Source: Gemmatimonadota bacterium (GTDB lineage Bacteria; Gemmatimonadota; Gemmatimonadetes; Gemmatimonadales; GWC2-71-9). Taken from it: a stretch of 64,000 bases of DNA. Shown here in pieces: positions 32,327-42,495 of the stretch (position 1 is its first letter; each line of letters begins with the position of its first letter). The stretch spans positions 80,438 to 144,437 of the forward strand of contig JAJCZX010000014.1 in the NCBI GenBank assembly GCA_029262195.1, read 5' to 3'. The notes under the pieces are model-generated. The model saw nothing but the letters and a program-made list of their open reading frames with translations. It did no database searches and was not told the DNA's origin. The position numbers and the translations under genes were made by a program.

Positions 32327-32767
32327 CTATTCCCCTCTCAGATTCCACGCAACGGGATTCTGAGCTTCATGAGGATGCTCCGACCCAGCGTAAACTTTCA
32401 ATTTCTTGCGGAGCACCTGCTTGCCGAGGCTTCCCTTTGGCAACATCCCAAAAACAGCTTTTTCCACAACCCTCTCAGGATGCTTTTCGAGCATCGTCGA
32501 GACGGACGTGAACCGTTCGTGGCCCATGTAGCCGGTGTGCCTGAAGTATTCTTTCTGGCCGACCTTGTTGCCGGTAAGTTTTACCTTCTCGGCATTCACG
32601 ATCACCACAAAGTCTCCCATATCCATGTGCGGAGTATAGGACGGCTTGTGCTTTCCTCTAATAACCTGTGCGACTTCACTGGCCAGCCGGCCGAGTACGA
32701 CGCCCTCGGCGTCAACGACATGCCACCTGTGGTCGATATCTTTTTCTTTTGGCGAATACGTTTTCAT
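32327..32767 (-). CDS. rplM: 50S ribosomal protein L13
   Basis: WHVVDA, LGRLAS, GKHKPSYTPH, HPHEAQ. Confidence 0.97.
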   Translation of the reverse strand: MKTYSPKEKDIDHRWHVVDAEGVVLGRLASEVAQVIRGKHKPSYTPHMDMGDFVVIVNAEKVKLTGNKVGQKEYFRHTGYMGHERFTSVSTMLEKHPERVVEKAVFGMLPKGSLGKQVLRKKLKVYAGSEHPHEAQNPVAWNLRGE

Positions 32768-32844
32768 CGATCCCTAATACAACCAAGTCCTTCGTGGACG
32801 TAACTTTAGACAGACACGCAAGCTACTTACGCCTATATCTAGGG

Positions 32845-33345
32845 TCAACCCTCGGGGAGCACCTCAAAAAGAAGCGTTCCTTTCTCTACAGCCTGGCCCG
32901 GTTCCACACCAAAAGGCCCCACAACTCCACCAACAGGCGATTTGATCTCGTTTTCCATCTTCATCGCCTCCAGGACCAGCAAACCTTGCCCTTTTTGGAC
33001 CTTTTCGCCCTCGTGGACCAGCATCCGCAATACGAGCCCCGGCATCGGAGCTTTGATCGCACCACTAGCCTTGCTGGATCCGCCGGCTGCCGTGAACTTG
33101 CGGAGCAACCGGTCTCGTTCGGTCTCGACGGTGACGTGGGCCAGATCTCCTGATCGGCTGGCCACCCAGCCTTCTTCATTGGGGACAAACGCTATGCTGA
33201 CCGTGCGGTTGTTGAGACGCAGCACCATCGCCCCGTTTGCATTGGTCAGGATTGTCGCTGGCGTAGACGCGCCATCCACCCACACGGTGTCCCCTTTAAT
33301 CTCCACTTCGAACTGGCGTCCTTCTACATCGACTTGATACTTCAT
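32845..33345 (-). CDS. Biotin carboxyl carrier subunit of acyl-CoA carboxylase
   Basis: APMPG, EAMKMEN biotinylation motif. Confidence 0.92.
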   Translation of the reverse strand: MKYQVDVEGRQFEVEIKGDTVWVDGASTPATILTNANGAMVLRLNNRTVSIAFVPNEEGWVASRSGDLAHVTVETERDRLLRKFTAAGGSSKASGAIKAPMPGLVLRMLVHEGEKVQKGQGLLVLEAMKMENEIKSPVGGVVGPFGVEPGQAVEKGTLLFEVLPEG

Positions 33346-34556
33346 TCGGACCTGAGCACCATGAGGGTTTCCACGTGGCTTGTTTGCGGGAATAGATCAT
33401 AGGCGCGCAAACAAACGACGTGCATGTTCAGGTGCTTTACGTCCCGGGCCAGCGTAGCCGGGTCGCACGAGATATAGGCAAGTGACCGTCCGGGCTGGCG
33501 GGCCCAGTCGCTCAGCCACTCTCGCACCCTTTTAGAGAGACCCGAGCGAGGCGGGTTCAATATTATGGAATTCGGGTCTCCCAGGTCACCAAGAATTTCT
33601 TCTACTTCGGCAGCTTTAAACACTACCCCGGGCACATCTTGCTGAGCCCACTCGATCGCTCCCGCATCACTGTCCACCCCAAGCACCCTGGCTCCCGAAC
33701 CCGCCAGAATTGAAGCGGTGGCACCGGTACCACAATAGAGATCAAGAAGGTCCTTGCCATCTATATCGCCCAGGGCAGCGCAGGCCTCTTCTCTGATTTT
33801 TTGAGCAAGGCCCGGGCTCGACTGTTCAAATGCAGGAACCGGGGGCGAGGGTTCCCCTCCCACCTGAATCACCTTCTTGTCTTTGCCAACGACCCAGACG
33901 GTCCCGCCCGGCCCGAGGGTCTCAGAAAGAGTGGAGGCGTCATAGCCGTATTGCTTTGTCCACAGAACAAGATGAATACGGCTATCGACCTCGCGTAATA
34001 CGAGTTTGGTCAAATCTTCGGGCAACGCTTGATCGGAAGCCACGATCGCCTTCCACGCATCCCTTATTTTGTCGGTCGCAAGCAAGCAATCCTTCAGGTC
34101 AAAAATCTTTTCCGGATCCAGATAACTACGATACCCGATTCGACCTGCCGAGTCCGACGCTTTGGCGGTGAGTGTTACTTTGGACCGATAGCCCCACGAA
34201 CTGTCAGCCGGTTCAATGCCGGGATCAGTCGAGTCCAATCCGCCAAGCCGACGTAACGCATCCCCTACCATCGTCGCTTTGGCCCGCAACTGCGCAGTGT
34301 AGTGGAGATGTTGAAACTGGCAGGAACCACATTCGTCGGCTTCATAGTGCGGACATTTCGGCTCGATCCGGTCGGGCCCATCGGACACCAATCGCGCCAC
34401 AACTCCTCGCGAAAATCTTTTCTGTGATTCGAGCACCTCTACCTCAACCACATCACCTGGTGCGGTTCGTGGCACGAATACAACTTTGCCGTCCGGTAAC
34501 CTGCCCACACCTTCACCGCCAGAGGAGAGGCGTTCTATATCGACGGAGATATTCAT
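33342..34556 (-). CDS. TRAM-domain RNA (uracil-5)-methyltransferase, RlmD/TrmA family
   Basis: TRAM N-terminus, C-x6-CGSC cluster motif, DLYCGTG, NPPRSG, YISCDPATLARD, DLFPQTSHVE. Confidence 0.88.
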   Translation of the reverse strand: MNISVDIERLSSGGEGVGRLPDGKVVFVPRTAPGDVVEVEVLESQKRFSRGVVARLVSDGPDRIEPKCPHYEADECGSCQFQHLHYTAQLRAKATMVGDALRRLGGLDSTDPGIEPADSSWGYRSKVTLTAKASDSAGRIGYRSYLDPEKIFDLKDCLLATDKIRDAWKAIVASDQALPEDLTKLVLREVDSRIHLVLWTKQYGYDASTLSETLGPGGTVWVVGKDKKVIQVGGEPSPPVPAFEQSSPGLAQKIREEACAALGDIDGKDLLDLYCGTGATASILAGSGARVLGVDSDAGAIEWAQQDVPGVVFKAAEVEEILGDLGDPNSIILNPPRSGLSKRVREWLSDWARQPGRSLAYISCDPATLARDVKHLNMHVVCLRAYDLFPQTSHVETLMVLRSE

Positions 34557-36052
34557 CGCAGTCCTTCACGGCGCGCCAGCTTAACCCAATCGCTGTCGTC
34601 CCGGGTTACGGCACCGTCATCACTTCCAGATGCCTGTTGGTGTCTGAACAACGCGATAGCCACGGCCACTTCGCGAGCCCGGTCCTCGTCGACCTCGTTC
34701 CCCGTGAGCGCATCGCCAACCGTTGCGATGTATTCGATGTCGTAATCGCCGCTGGCGAACGTCTCCTCAACCATCACCTTGCGGTGAAAAGACTGAGACG
34801 TCGTCACTCCCCTGATTTCCATTTCCCCCAGAGCCCGCAACATTCGATGTCGCGCAGATTCGCGGTCCTCGGCCCAAACCACGAGCTTGGCAATCATCGG
34901 ATCATAGAACAGCTCAACCCGATCACCGATCTCGACACCTCCATCCCAGCGCACCCCGGGACCCGAGGGAATTTTTAGCTGAGTTATCGTGCCGGGAGAC
35001 GGGACGAAATTGTTGGCCGGGTCTTCAGCAATTATCCGACATTCGATCGCGTGGCCACTCGGTTCTATACTGTCCTGATCGATGTCCAGCTTGGCTCCAG
35101 CGGCTATTCTTAGTTGCCACCGAACGATGTCGATCCCATAAACTAATTCGGTGATCGGATGTTCGACCTGCACGCGCGTATTCATTTCGAGGAAGAAAAA
35201 CTCGCCGCCCGGAAGTACCAGAAATTCCACGGTCCCCGCCCCTACGTAGTCCACCGCCCGAGCAGCACGCACCGCAGCCTCACCCATTTTCCTGCGGAGC
35301 CCGGATTCAACGATGGGCGACGGGGCCTCTTCCACGAGCTTCTGATGTCGACGCTGGACTGAACATTCCCTTTCCCCGAGGTGAATGACGTTGCCGTGGG
35401 TGTCCGCAAGCAGTTGGATTTCTACGTGGCGAGGATGTTCCACAAAGCGCTCCACATAAACCGACCCGTCTCCGAACGATTTCAAAGCCTCCGAGGCGGC
35501 CTGTTCAAAGCTGGAGGCCAATTCGTCAGGCCCGCGGACCACGCGCATACCTTTTCCCCCTCCGCCAGCCGCGGCTTTGAGCATGATCGGGAACCCAACT
35601 TCGTTGGCGGCGCAAAGCACTGCGTCTGCGTCCGGAAGAGCTTCAGTAGTCCCCGGTACAATGGGTACTCCAGCCGCCTTCATCCGCGTCCGCGCCTCTG
35701 TTTTTTCACCCATCGAGGTCATCGCTTCTGCTGATGGGCCGATAAAGATCAATCCTGCAGCGACTACCGCATCGGCGAAGGCAGCGCGTTCGGCCAAGAA
35801 TCCGTAACCCGGGTGAATGGCATCCGCTCCAGTTGCTCGTGCCGCGGCAATGATCTTTTCAATCACGAGATAAGACTCCGAAGGTGCCGGCGGGCCGATC
35901 TCAACCGCTTCATCAGCAGCGCGCACGTGGGCGGCGTTGCTGTCAATGGTCGAATAAACTGCGACTGTTTTTATCCCCTCTTCCTGACAGGCGCGGATGA
36001 TCCGAATAGCAATTTCGCCTCGGTTGGCGATTAATACCTTTTGAAGTGCCAT
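34553..36052 (-). CDS. accC: Biotin carboxylase subunit of acetyl/propionyl-CoA carboxylase
   Basis: ANRGEIA, HPGYGFLAE, GGGGKGMR, ERECSVQRRHQK, EMNTRVQVEHP. Confidence 0.9.
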   Translation of the reverse strand: MALQKVLIANRGEIAIRIIRACQEEGIKTVAVYSTIDSNAAHVRAADEAVEIGPPAPSESYLVIEKIIAAARATGADAIHPGYGFLAERAAFADAVVAAGLIFIGPSAEAMTSMGEKTEARTRMKAAGVPIVPGTTEALPDADAVLCAANEVGFPIMLKAAAGGGGKGMRVVRGPDELASSFEQAASEALKSFGDGSVYVERFVEHPRHVEIQLLADTHGNVIHLGERECSVQRRHQKLVEEAPSPIVESGLRRKMGEAAVRAARAVDYVGAGTVEFLVLPGGEFFFLEMNTRVQVEHPITELVYGIDIVRWQLRIAAGAKLDIDQDSIEPSGHAIECRIIAEDPANNFVPSPGTITQLKIPSGPGVRWDGGVEIGDRVELFYDPMIAKLVVWAEDRESARHRMLRALGEMEIRGVTTSQSFHRKVMVEETFASGDYDIEYIATVGDALTGNEVDEDRAREVAVAIALFRHQQASGSDDGAVTRDDSDWVKLARREGLR

Positions 36053-36054
36053 GA

Positions 36055-37605
36055 TTAAAGGGGAATATTTCCGTGTTTCTTCGGTGGGTTCTTCTGCCTC
36101 TTATTGACGAGAGATTCCAGAGCGGATATCAACCGAGGCCTGGTATCCCTGGCTTCGATAACGTCATCGAGATAACCGCGCTCTGCTGCCTTGTAAGGGT
36201 GGGCGAACTCTTCCCTGTACTCCTCCTCCAACTCGGCCAGCATTTCTTCGGGGTTTTCGGCGGCGGCGATCCTGCGGCCATGCAAAATTTGCGCAGCACC
36301 TTTGGGACCCATAACGGCAATCTCGGCCGAGGGCCACCCAACGTTGTAATCGCCGCGGATATGCTTAGAACTCATCACATCGTAGGCCCCACCATACGCT
36401 TTGCGCGTAATCACCGTGAGCTTCGGTACCGTCGCTTCACAATATGCATAAAGAAGCTTTGCTCCATGTTTGATGATTCCGTTGTGCTCTTGGTCAACAC
36501 CGGGAAGGAAACCCGGTACATCTTCGAAAGTCACCAGCGGGATGTTGAAAGCATCGCAGAATCGAATGAAACGAGCCCCTTTGAGTGAAGCGTCGATGTC
36601 CAGGACTCCTGCAAGGACAGCGGGTTGGTTTGCTATCACTCCAATCGGATACCCGGCCAATCTCGCAAACCCGACGATGATATTTTCCGCGTAGGCTCCG
36701 TGCACTTCCAACAACTCCCCGGAGTCCACAACGCGACGGATCACACCTTTCATGTCGTAGGGAATGTTGGGGTTCTCAGGTACAATATTCTGGAGTTCTT
36801 CGTCTCTGCGGTCAACAGGGTCTGACGTTTCACGACGCGGAGGAGAATCGACGTTGTTTTGGGGGAGGAAGGACAGAAGGTTTCTGATCTCCATAAGCCC
36901 CTCAACTTCGGTGTCGTGAACAAACTGGGCGACCCCGGAAACTGAAGCATGAACATCAGCTCCCCCGAGCGCTTCGCTGGTAACCTCCTCGTGGGTAACG
37001 GTCTTAACAACGTTGGGACCGGTGACGAACATGTACGAAACCCCGCGAACCATGAACGTGAAATCTGTTATTGCAGGGCTATAGACCGCTCCGCCGGCGC
37101 ACGGCCCGAGAATCGCGCTGATCTGGGGGACCACCCCGGAAGCCATAGTATTCCGGAGGAAGATGTCAGCATAACCTCCAAGCGAAACCACACCCTCCTG
37201 GATCCGAGCACCTCCGGAATCATTGAGCCCTACAACCGGGACTCCGTTTCGAACGGCAAGGTCCATGATTTTGCAAATCTTCTGGGCATGAGCTTCAGCC
37301 AGCGAGCCCCCGAACACAGTAAAATCCTGCGAAAAGAGGTAGATCAATCTGCCATCCACCTTTCCGTACCCGGTCACCACGCCATCGCCGGGAATCCTCT
37401 GTTTTTCAAGTCCAAACGCCGTGCTGCGATGGGTAACAAACCGATCCAACTCGACAAAAGTCCCAGGATCAAGTAATACATCAATCCTTTCTCGCGCGGT
37501 GAGCTTGCCCTTTTCGTGTTGCTTCTTATACCGGGCTTCGCCACCGCCTTCGAGGGTTCGTTCGATCTGGTTTCTGAGCTCTTCTACTGTTGATTTTTTA
37601 GTCAT
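36055..37605 (-). CDS. pccB: Acyl-CoA (propionyl-CoA) carboxylase beta subunit
   Basis: [46 protein letters not shown]. Confidence 0.9.
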   Translation of the reverse strand: MTKKSTVEELRNQIERTLEGGGEARYKKQHEKGKLTARERIDVLLDPGTFVELDRFVTHRSTAFGLEKQRIPGDGVVTGYGKVDGRLIYLFSQDFTVFGGSLAEAHAQKICKIMDLAVRNGVPVVGLNDSGGARIQEGVVSLGGYADIFLRNTMASGVVPQISAILGPCAGGAVYSPAITDFTFMVRGVSYMFVTGPNVVKTVTHEEVTSEALGGADVHASVSGVAQFVHDTEVEGLMEIRNLLSFLPQNNVDSPPRRETSDPVDRRDEELQNIVPENPNIPYDMKGVIRRVVDSGELLEVHGAYAENIIVGFARLAGYPIGVIANQPAVLAGVLDIDASLKGARFIRFCDAFNIPLVTFEDVPGFLPGVDQEHNGIIKHGAKLLYAYCEATVPKLTVITRKAYGGAYDVMSSKHIRGDYNVGWPSAEIAVMGPKGAAQILHGRRIAAAENPEEMLAELEEEYREEFAHPYKAAERGYLDDVIEARDTRPRLISALESLVNKRQKNPPKKHGNIPL

Positions 37606-37646
37606 GAAAACCTGGCAACAAGATCCCTAAAAGTTTCGAACAATCG

Positions 37647-37684
37647 AAAAAAAGAAACGCCGGGACGAGTGTCACCGGCGTTTC
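37647..37684 (-). terminator. Intrinsic terminator of rpsA
   Basis: GAAACGCCGG...CCGGCGTTTC stem followed by U7 on the minus strand. Confidence 0.8.
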
Positions 37685-37708
37685 CTTGAACTAACTACCG
37701 AGCAGGGT

Positions 37709-39598
37709 TTACTCCGCTGCTTTCTCGCCTTCGTCTTTGGCTTCAGCTTCGTCGGCCGAAGCCTCCTCGGCGACAGCGTCCGGTGCAGCGGCCTCCGCGA
37801 CCGGCTCTTCAGCCGTTGCTTCTGCGACTACCACCGGACCGGGGTCTTCACCTTCGACCGCCTCATCACCGTCTTCATCCTCAGACGGTGTGAGCGACGG
37901 ATCGGGCTCCGGGGCTTCGGCGAACGAGAACGCGGCGAAGGTAATTTTCTGGTTGATCGGATCAACCTCAACGACTTTGACTTCGGCGATCTGCCCGATC
38001 ATCACTACCTCCTCAACCGGCTTTTCATCCCCGAAAGGCAGCTGCGTCGGAGGAACAACACCTTCGATCTGGTTGCCAACGTTGACGACGATCCCCTTAT
38101 CCTGATAGCGGGTAACCCGTCCCTGCATCTCTGTGTCGACCGGATAATCCTCGGCAATTTTCAGCCATGGGTCGTCCTGGGCCTGCTTGAGACCGAGGGA
38201 AATCCTCTTGTTGTCGGGATCGATGGACAGAATTACAACCTCCACCGCGTCGCCTTTCTTGACGACTTCCGACGGATGCTCAACCCTCATCGTCCACGAC
38301 ATGTCGGAGATATGGATAAGACCGTCGATTCCCGGCTCAATTTCCACGAAGGCTCCAAATGAGGTGAGATTCCTGACCTTACCGGCTATCCGTGTCTGCA
38401 GCGGGTATTTCAGCGGAAGCGTAACCCAGGGGTCCTGCTCCGTTTGCTTGATACCGAGAGAGATCTTCTCTTCCTCTGGATCAATGCTCAAAACAACCGC
38501 GTCAATTGCTTCACCAATCGAAACAAGCGCCGACGGATGCTTCACATTGCGGGTCCAACTCATCTCGCTGATGTGGACCAGACCTTCGATGCCCGGCTCC
38601 AGCTCGACGAAAGCACCGTAGTTCGTAATGCTGACAACCTTACCCTGGATTCGTGCGCCAACCGGATACCTCTCGGCTACATTCTGCCATGGGTAGGCCT
38701 GAAGTTGCTTGAGGCCGAGGGAGATTCGCTCGCGGTCCCAATCAATGTCCAGGATCTTCACTTCAATGTCCTGACCGAGTGAAACCAGTTCGGACGGATG
38801 CGACACGCGACCGTAACTCATATCGGTGATGTGCAGGAGTCCGTCGACACCGCCCAGGTCAATGAAGGCACCGAAGTCGGTGATGTTCTTGACCGTACCG
38901 ACGCGGACCTGATCCTGACCGAGGTCCTTCATCAGGGATTCCCGCTTCGTGGCGCGATCGGCTTCGAGGATTACTCTGCGCGAAACAACGATGTTGCGGC
39001 GACGCTTGTTGAGCTTGATGATTTTGAACTCGAACTTCTGACCAAGTAGCTCGTCGATGTTCGGAACGCGGCGTAGCGCTATCTGAGAACCAGGCAGAAA
39101 CGCGTCCACACCCATAAGATCGACGACCACACCACCTTTGATCTTCTTCTGAAGCGTGCCTTCGACGGTCTGTCCGGCTTCATGGGCCTCTCGGATTTTC
39201 TCCCAGACCCGCATGAAGTCGGCTTTCTTCTTGGAAAGAACGACGGCACCATCTTCGTCCTCAAGATTTTCCAGGAAGACCTCGACATCGTCACCCGGTT
39301 CAATTGCGCCGGAAGACTTGAACTCATCAAGAGGAACCGCACCTTCGGATTTAAACCCTACGTCGAGAATGACATGTGAGTCCGTAATTCTCAGGACTTT
39401 CGACTTTACAATCTCGCCTTCGACGATGCTCTGTAGCGTACCTTCGTACAGCTGCATCATCTCCGCATATTCTTCTTCTGAATAATCCTCGTCGTAGAGA
39501 TCGGCGCGAATGGTGAAGGATGCTTCGGGTGGGGAAACTTCGGTGGCTACTGCACTATCGGAGTCTACCACTGACTCCTCGTTGTGATCGTCAGACAT
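37709..39598 (-). CDS. rpsA: 30S ribosomal protein S1
   Basis: Repeated S1 domains (FGAFIDLGGVDGLLHI etc.); acidic N- and C-terminal extensions. Confidence 0.97.
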   Translation of the reverse strand: MSDDHNEESVVDSDSAVATEVSPPEASFTIRADLYDEDYSEEEYAEMMQLYEGTLQSIVEGEIVKSKVLRITDSHVILDVGFKSEGAVPLDEFKSSGAIEPGDDVEVFLENLEDEDGAVVLSKKKADFMRVWEKIREAHEAGQTVEGTLQKKIKGGVVVDLMGVDAFLPGSQIALRRVPNIDELLGQKFEFKIIKLNKRRRNIVVSRRVILEADRATKRESLMKDLGQDQVRVGTVKNITDFGAFIDLGGVDGLLHITDMSYGRVSHPSELVSLGQDIEVKILDIDWDRERISLGLKQLQAYPWQNVAERYPVGARIQGKVVSITNYGAFVELEPGIEGLVHISEMSWTRNVKHPSALVSIGEAIDAVVLSIDPEEEKISLGIKQTEQDPWVTLPLKYPLQTRIAGKVRNLTSFGAFVEIEPGIDGLIHISDMSWTMRVEHPSEVVKKGDAVEVVILSIDPDNKRISLGLKQAQDDPWLKIAEDYPVDTEMQGRVTRYQDKGIVVNVGNQIEGVVPPTQLPFGDEKPVEEVVMIGQIAEVKVVEVDPINQKITFAAFSFAEAPEPDPSLTPSEDEDGDEAVEGEDPGPVVVAEATAEEPVAEAAAPDAVAEEASADEAEAKDEGEKAAE

Positions 39599-39711
39599 CA
39601 GTTTGATACTACCCTTGAACTACGTGTCCGGGAAAACCGCTCACCGAACACCATTACGAAAAGGTTAATATTTGCCCTCCGGCCCAAAAAGCCGACGGTA
39701 TCTAGCCTTTA

Positions 39712-39740
39712 AGGGTAGATATGGACTGTCAGCGTGTCAA
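39712..39740 (-). promoter_or_regulatory. sigma70-like promoter of rpsA
   Basis: TTGACA-17 bp-TACCCT. Confidence 0.6.
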
Positions 39741-39767
39741 GGCACTCGGGGCAGCCGGTGGCGGGGG

Positions 39768-40430
39768 TCAACGCCCAAGACGGGAAATCACGTTTGAAGC
39801 CGATTCACGTAAACGCTCCACAAGGCGGACCCACTCTGGCGTTGGCGCACCGTTCCGCTCGAAATCGTCGAACTCCATGCCAGGCTCGAGAGGCTCAATG
39901 TAAAAGAGAATCAATTCGTGTCTGCGTTCGATGTCGGGCACCGCAAGAAACCGGTAAACAACCACGCTATCGACCATATCCAAACCCTGCTCGGTCACGA
40001 AAGCCGCAGTCAACGCCGCCTCTCCCAAAGGATTTTGCCGGGCTGCGTCTTTATGGCTGAAATAGAATCCATTGCTCCTCCACAACAGGCCCGCCACCTC
40101 CTCCGCATTCCTAAAAGAATAATTGTACTTTTCGGAAGACTCCGGAAGAAAACCCTCGAATTGAGCAACCACCATCCGCTGCACGACGCCCCCATTTAAC
40201 TCCGCAAAAACATAACGGTGTCCAGCCGCAACGTCCCTGATCCTGAACGGGTGGTTCCCAAGAAATTCAAAATTGGGGGCAACAACCACTCTGATTGCTG
40301 GCAACGAATCAGAAACGATCACATTCTGGTCAACCCGTCTGGCGTATTGCGCCGACGAGGCGTGTGGGGAGATTCCCGCGAGACCAATCGAGACAAGCCC
40401 GAGTAGGAGTGAAAACCGATATTCTTTCAT
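39768..40430 (-). CDS. Hypothetical secreted protein
   Basis: MKEYRF + hydrophobic signal peptide ending SSA-Q; no motif recognised; lies between cmk and rpsA. Confidence 0.65.
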   Translation of the reverse strand: MKEYRFSLLLGLVSIGLAGISPHASSAQYARRVDQNVIVSDSLPAIRVVVAPNFEFLGNHPFRIRDVAAGHRYVFAELNGGVVQRMVVAQFEGFLPESSEKYNYSFRNAEEVAGLLWRSNGFYFSHKDAARQNPLGEAALTAAFVTEQGLDMVDSVVVYRFLAVPDIERRHELILFYIEPLEPGMEFDDFERNGAPTPEWVRLVERLRESASNVISRLGR

Positions 40431-40483
40431 ATCTGTACAGAACATACATATACGAGAGAGGTAGCGCAACTACTCCTGGCGAG

Positions 40484-41170
40484 TCAGCTTTTTTCCGGAA
40501 ACAGAGCAGCCTTGGCAAGTTCTACCACCCGGTCAACCTGCTCTGCAAACCCGAGATCAGTAGTGTCAATCTCGATAGCGTCCTCCGCTTTGATCAACGG
40601 GGCAATATCACGTGAAGAATCCGCCGAATCTCTCGCCGCAATTTCACCTTCAACCCGCGCCACTGTAACTTCGTCGTCCGTGAGCCCCATATCGAGCACT
40701 CGGCGACGGGCACGGGTTGCAGGGGATGCCACAAGAAATACCTTAAGAGCCGCGTTGGGAAACACAACCGTGCCTATGTCGCGCCCGTCGACCACCACTC
40801 CCCGGGGATGGAGCTCGGATGCGCGAGCAAGGGCCCAGTTGACCCAGTCACGCACCTCTGCGATCGACGCGACTTCCGACACCCCGAGGGTCACCTCCGG
40901 CGAACGAATTGCTTGCGATACATCCCGCCCGGCAATCGTTGGCACATAGCCTGCGTCACTGAGACGTAACTCAATGGGGGCATCTTTCGCCCAGGCAGCT
41001 AGATTCGGTCCGTTGAGCGGCAGACCGTTTTCCCGAATCGCAAGGGTCATTGAGCGGTACAGTGCTCCGCTATCAAGGTGAGCCAACCGCAGGGCGCTCG
41101 CCAGGGCCTTAGCCGTAGTGGATTTCCCACTTCCCGCCGGGCCGTCAATTGCCACCACCTTTTGAGCCAT
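40484..41170 (-). CDS. cmk: Cytidylate kinase
   Basis: AIDGPAGSGKST, LDSGALYR, DGRDIGTVVFP. Confidence 0.96.
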   Translation of the reverse strand: MAQKVVAIDGPAGSGKSTTAKALASALRLAHLDSGALYRSMTLAIRENGLPLNGPNLAAWAKDAPIELRLSDAGYVPTIAGRDVSQAIRSPEVTLGVSEVASIAEVRDWVNWALARASELHPRGVVVDGRDIGTVVFPNAALKVFLVASPATRARRRVLDMGLTDDEVTVARVEGEIAARDSADSSRDIAPLIKAEDAIEIDTTDLGFAEQVDRVVELAKAALFPEKS

Positions 41171-42429
41171 CAGGACACCGAATCCAGGTGTTCGAAAAAC
41201 CCCGGATAACTCACCGAAGACGATGCTGTTTCTGAAAACGTGAGATCCACGTCAGGTAATCTCCCAAGAACACTAAACGCCATGGCCATTCTGTGGTCTC
41301 GCCCGGTTTGGATGTGCCCGGCTAGACCCCTTTTTGACCCCATTACAGTGAGCGTGTCATTTTCCGCGCGCGCCTCAACACCTATGTTTTGGAGGTTTTC
41401 AGCCAGCAGCCCGAAACGATCACTTTCTTTAAATTTCAACTCCCCCACCCCTTCAAACGTGGTTTCTCCATGAGCCCGTGCGGCCAGTACCGCCAGAATC
41501 GGGATCTCATCAATCAACGATGGTATCTCTTCAGGAGCAACCCTAACGCCGGTGAGAACTGACGCCCTCGTCATCAAATCCGCCACAGGTTCCCCAAGTT
41601 GTTCGTACTGCGAAACAACTTCCACCGAGGCGCCCATCCTTTCAATTACCGAGATCATTCCGGTTCGGGTCGGGTTATACCCCACCCCTTCTATCGTTAT
41701 TTCGTCTCGTTGCGACATGATGGTCGCCGCGATCAAAAACGCTGCGGAGGAAATATCGCCTGGGATTGTCACGTCAAACGGATTGAGGTCTGTAGTTGGT
41801 AAAAACCGCACCGTACCGTCTTCGTCCGAGCTTAGTTCTTGCCCCAGCGACCGAAACATCCGTTCTGTATGATCGCGAGATCGGGGGGATTCCCTCAAAG
41901 TCACCGACACTCCCCCGACGTAACCAGCCAACAACAATGCAGTCTTCACCTGAGCGCTGGATTTGGGCGAGACGAAATCGTCGAGGCGCTTCAGTGCCCG
42001 GCCATGTATCACCAGGGGCAATCCGTCTCCAGACTCCTCCGCGAACCGCGCCCCCATCAACCCGAGGGGTTCTGTCACCCGCCTCATTGGTCGGGCGCTC
42101 AGAGAGTCGTCGCCTACGAGTCGAGATTGGAACGGATGCCCGGCGAGCGCGCCGATAAGCAACCGCGAGGCCGTTCCCGAGTTTCCGCAATCGATATCTT
42201 TATCCGGGGTGAGCAACCCGTTGCGGCCCTTGCCAGATACCACGATGTGTTGGTCCTCCTCCCTGATTTCAACACCCAGGGTTCTCAAGGCTCCGATCAT
42301 GGAAGCCGTGTCGCCAGATCTCAACGGCGACCGCACGGTGCTGATACCGTCGGCCAGTGCTCCAAAGAGGAGAGCACGTTGGGTAAGGCTTTTATCCCCT
42401 GGAGGGCGGATTTTTCCGTGGTGTACCAT
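41170..42429 (-). CDS. aroA: 3-phosphoshikimate 1-carboxyvinyltransferase
   Basis: PGDKS, CGNSGT, RPMRRV, SAQVK, DEIP, KESDR, DHRMAM; likely ATG at 42429. Confidence 0.95.
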   Translation of the reverse strand: MVHHGKIRPPGDKSLTQRALLFGALADGISTVRSPLRSGDTASMIGALRTLGVEIREEDQHIVVSGKGRNGLLTPDKDIDCGNSGTASRLLIGALAGHPFQSRLVGDDSLSARPMRRVTEPLGLMGARFAEESGDGLPLVIHGRALKRLDDFVSPKSSAQVKTALLLAGYVGGVSVTLRESPRSRDHTERMFRSLGQELSSDEDGTVRFLPTTDLNPFDVTIPGDISSAAFLIAATIMSQRDEITIEGVGYNPTRTGMISVIERMGASVEVVSQYEQLGEPVADLMTRASVLTGVRVAPEEIPSLIDEIPILAVLAARAHGETTFEGVGELKFKESDRFGLLAENLQNIGVEARAENDTLTVMGSKRGLAGHIQTGRDHRMAMAFSVLGRLPDVDLTFSETASSSVSYPGFFEHLDSVS

Positions 42430-42432
42430 AGT

Positions 42433-42477
42433 AAAAAAAAGCAGCGTTGGCGACGCTATACAAGTCGCCAACGCTGC
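42433..42477 (-). terminator. Strong intrinsic terminator
   Basis: Perfect 14-bp stem GCAGCGTTGGCGAC/GTCGCCAACGCTGC followed by U8 on the minus strand. Confidence 0.85.
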
Positions 42478-42495
42478 CGCTTACCAATCGTGGGA

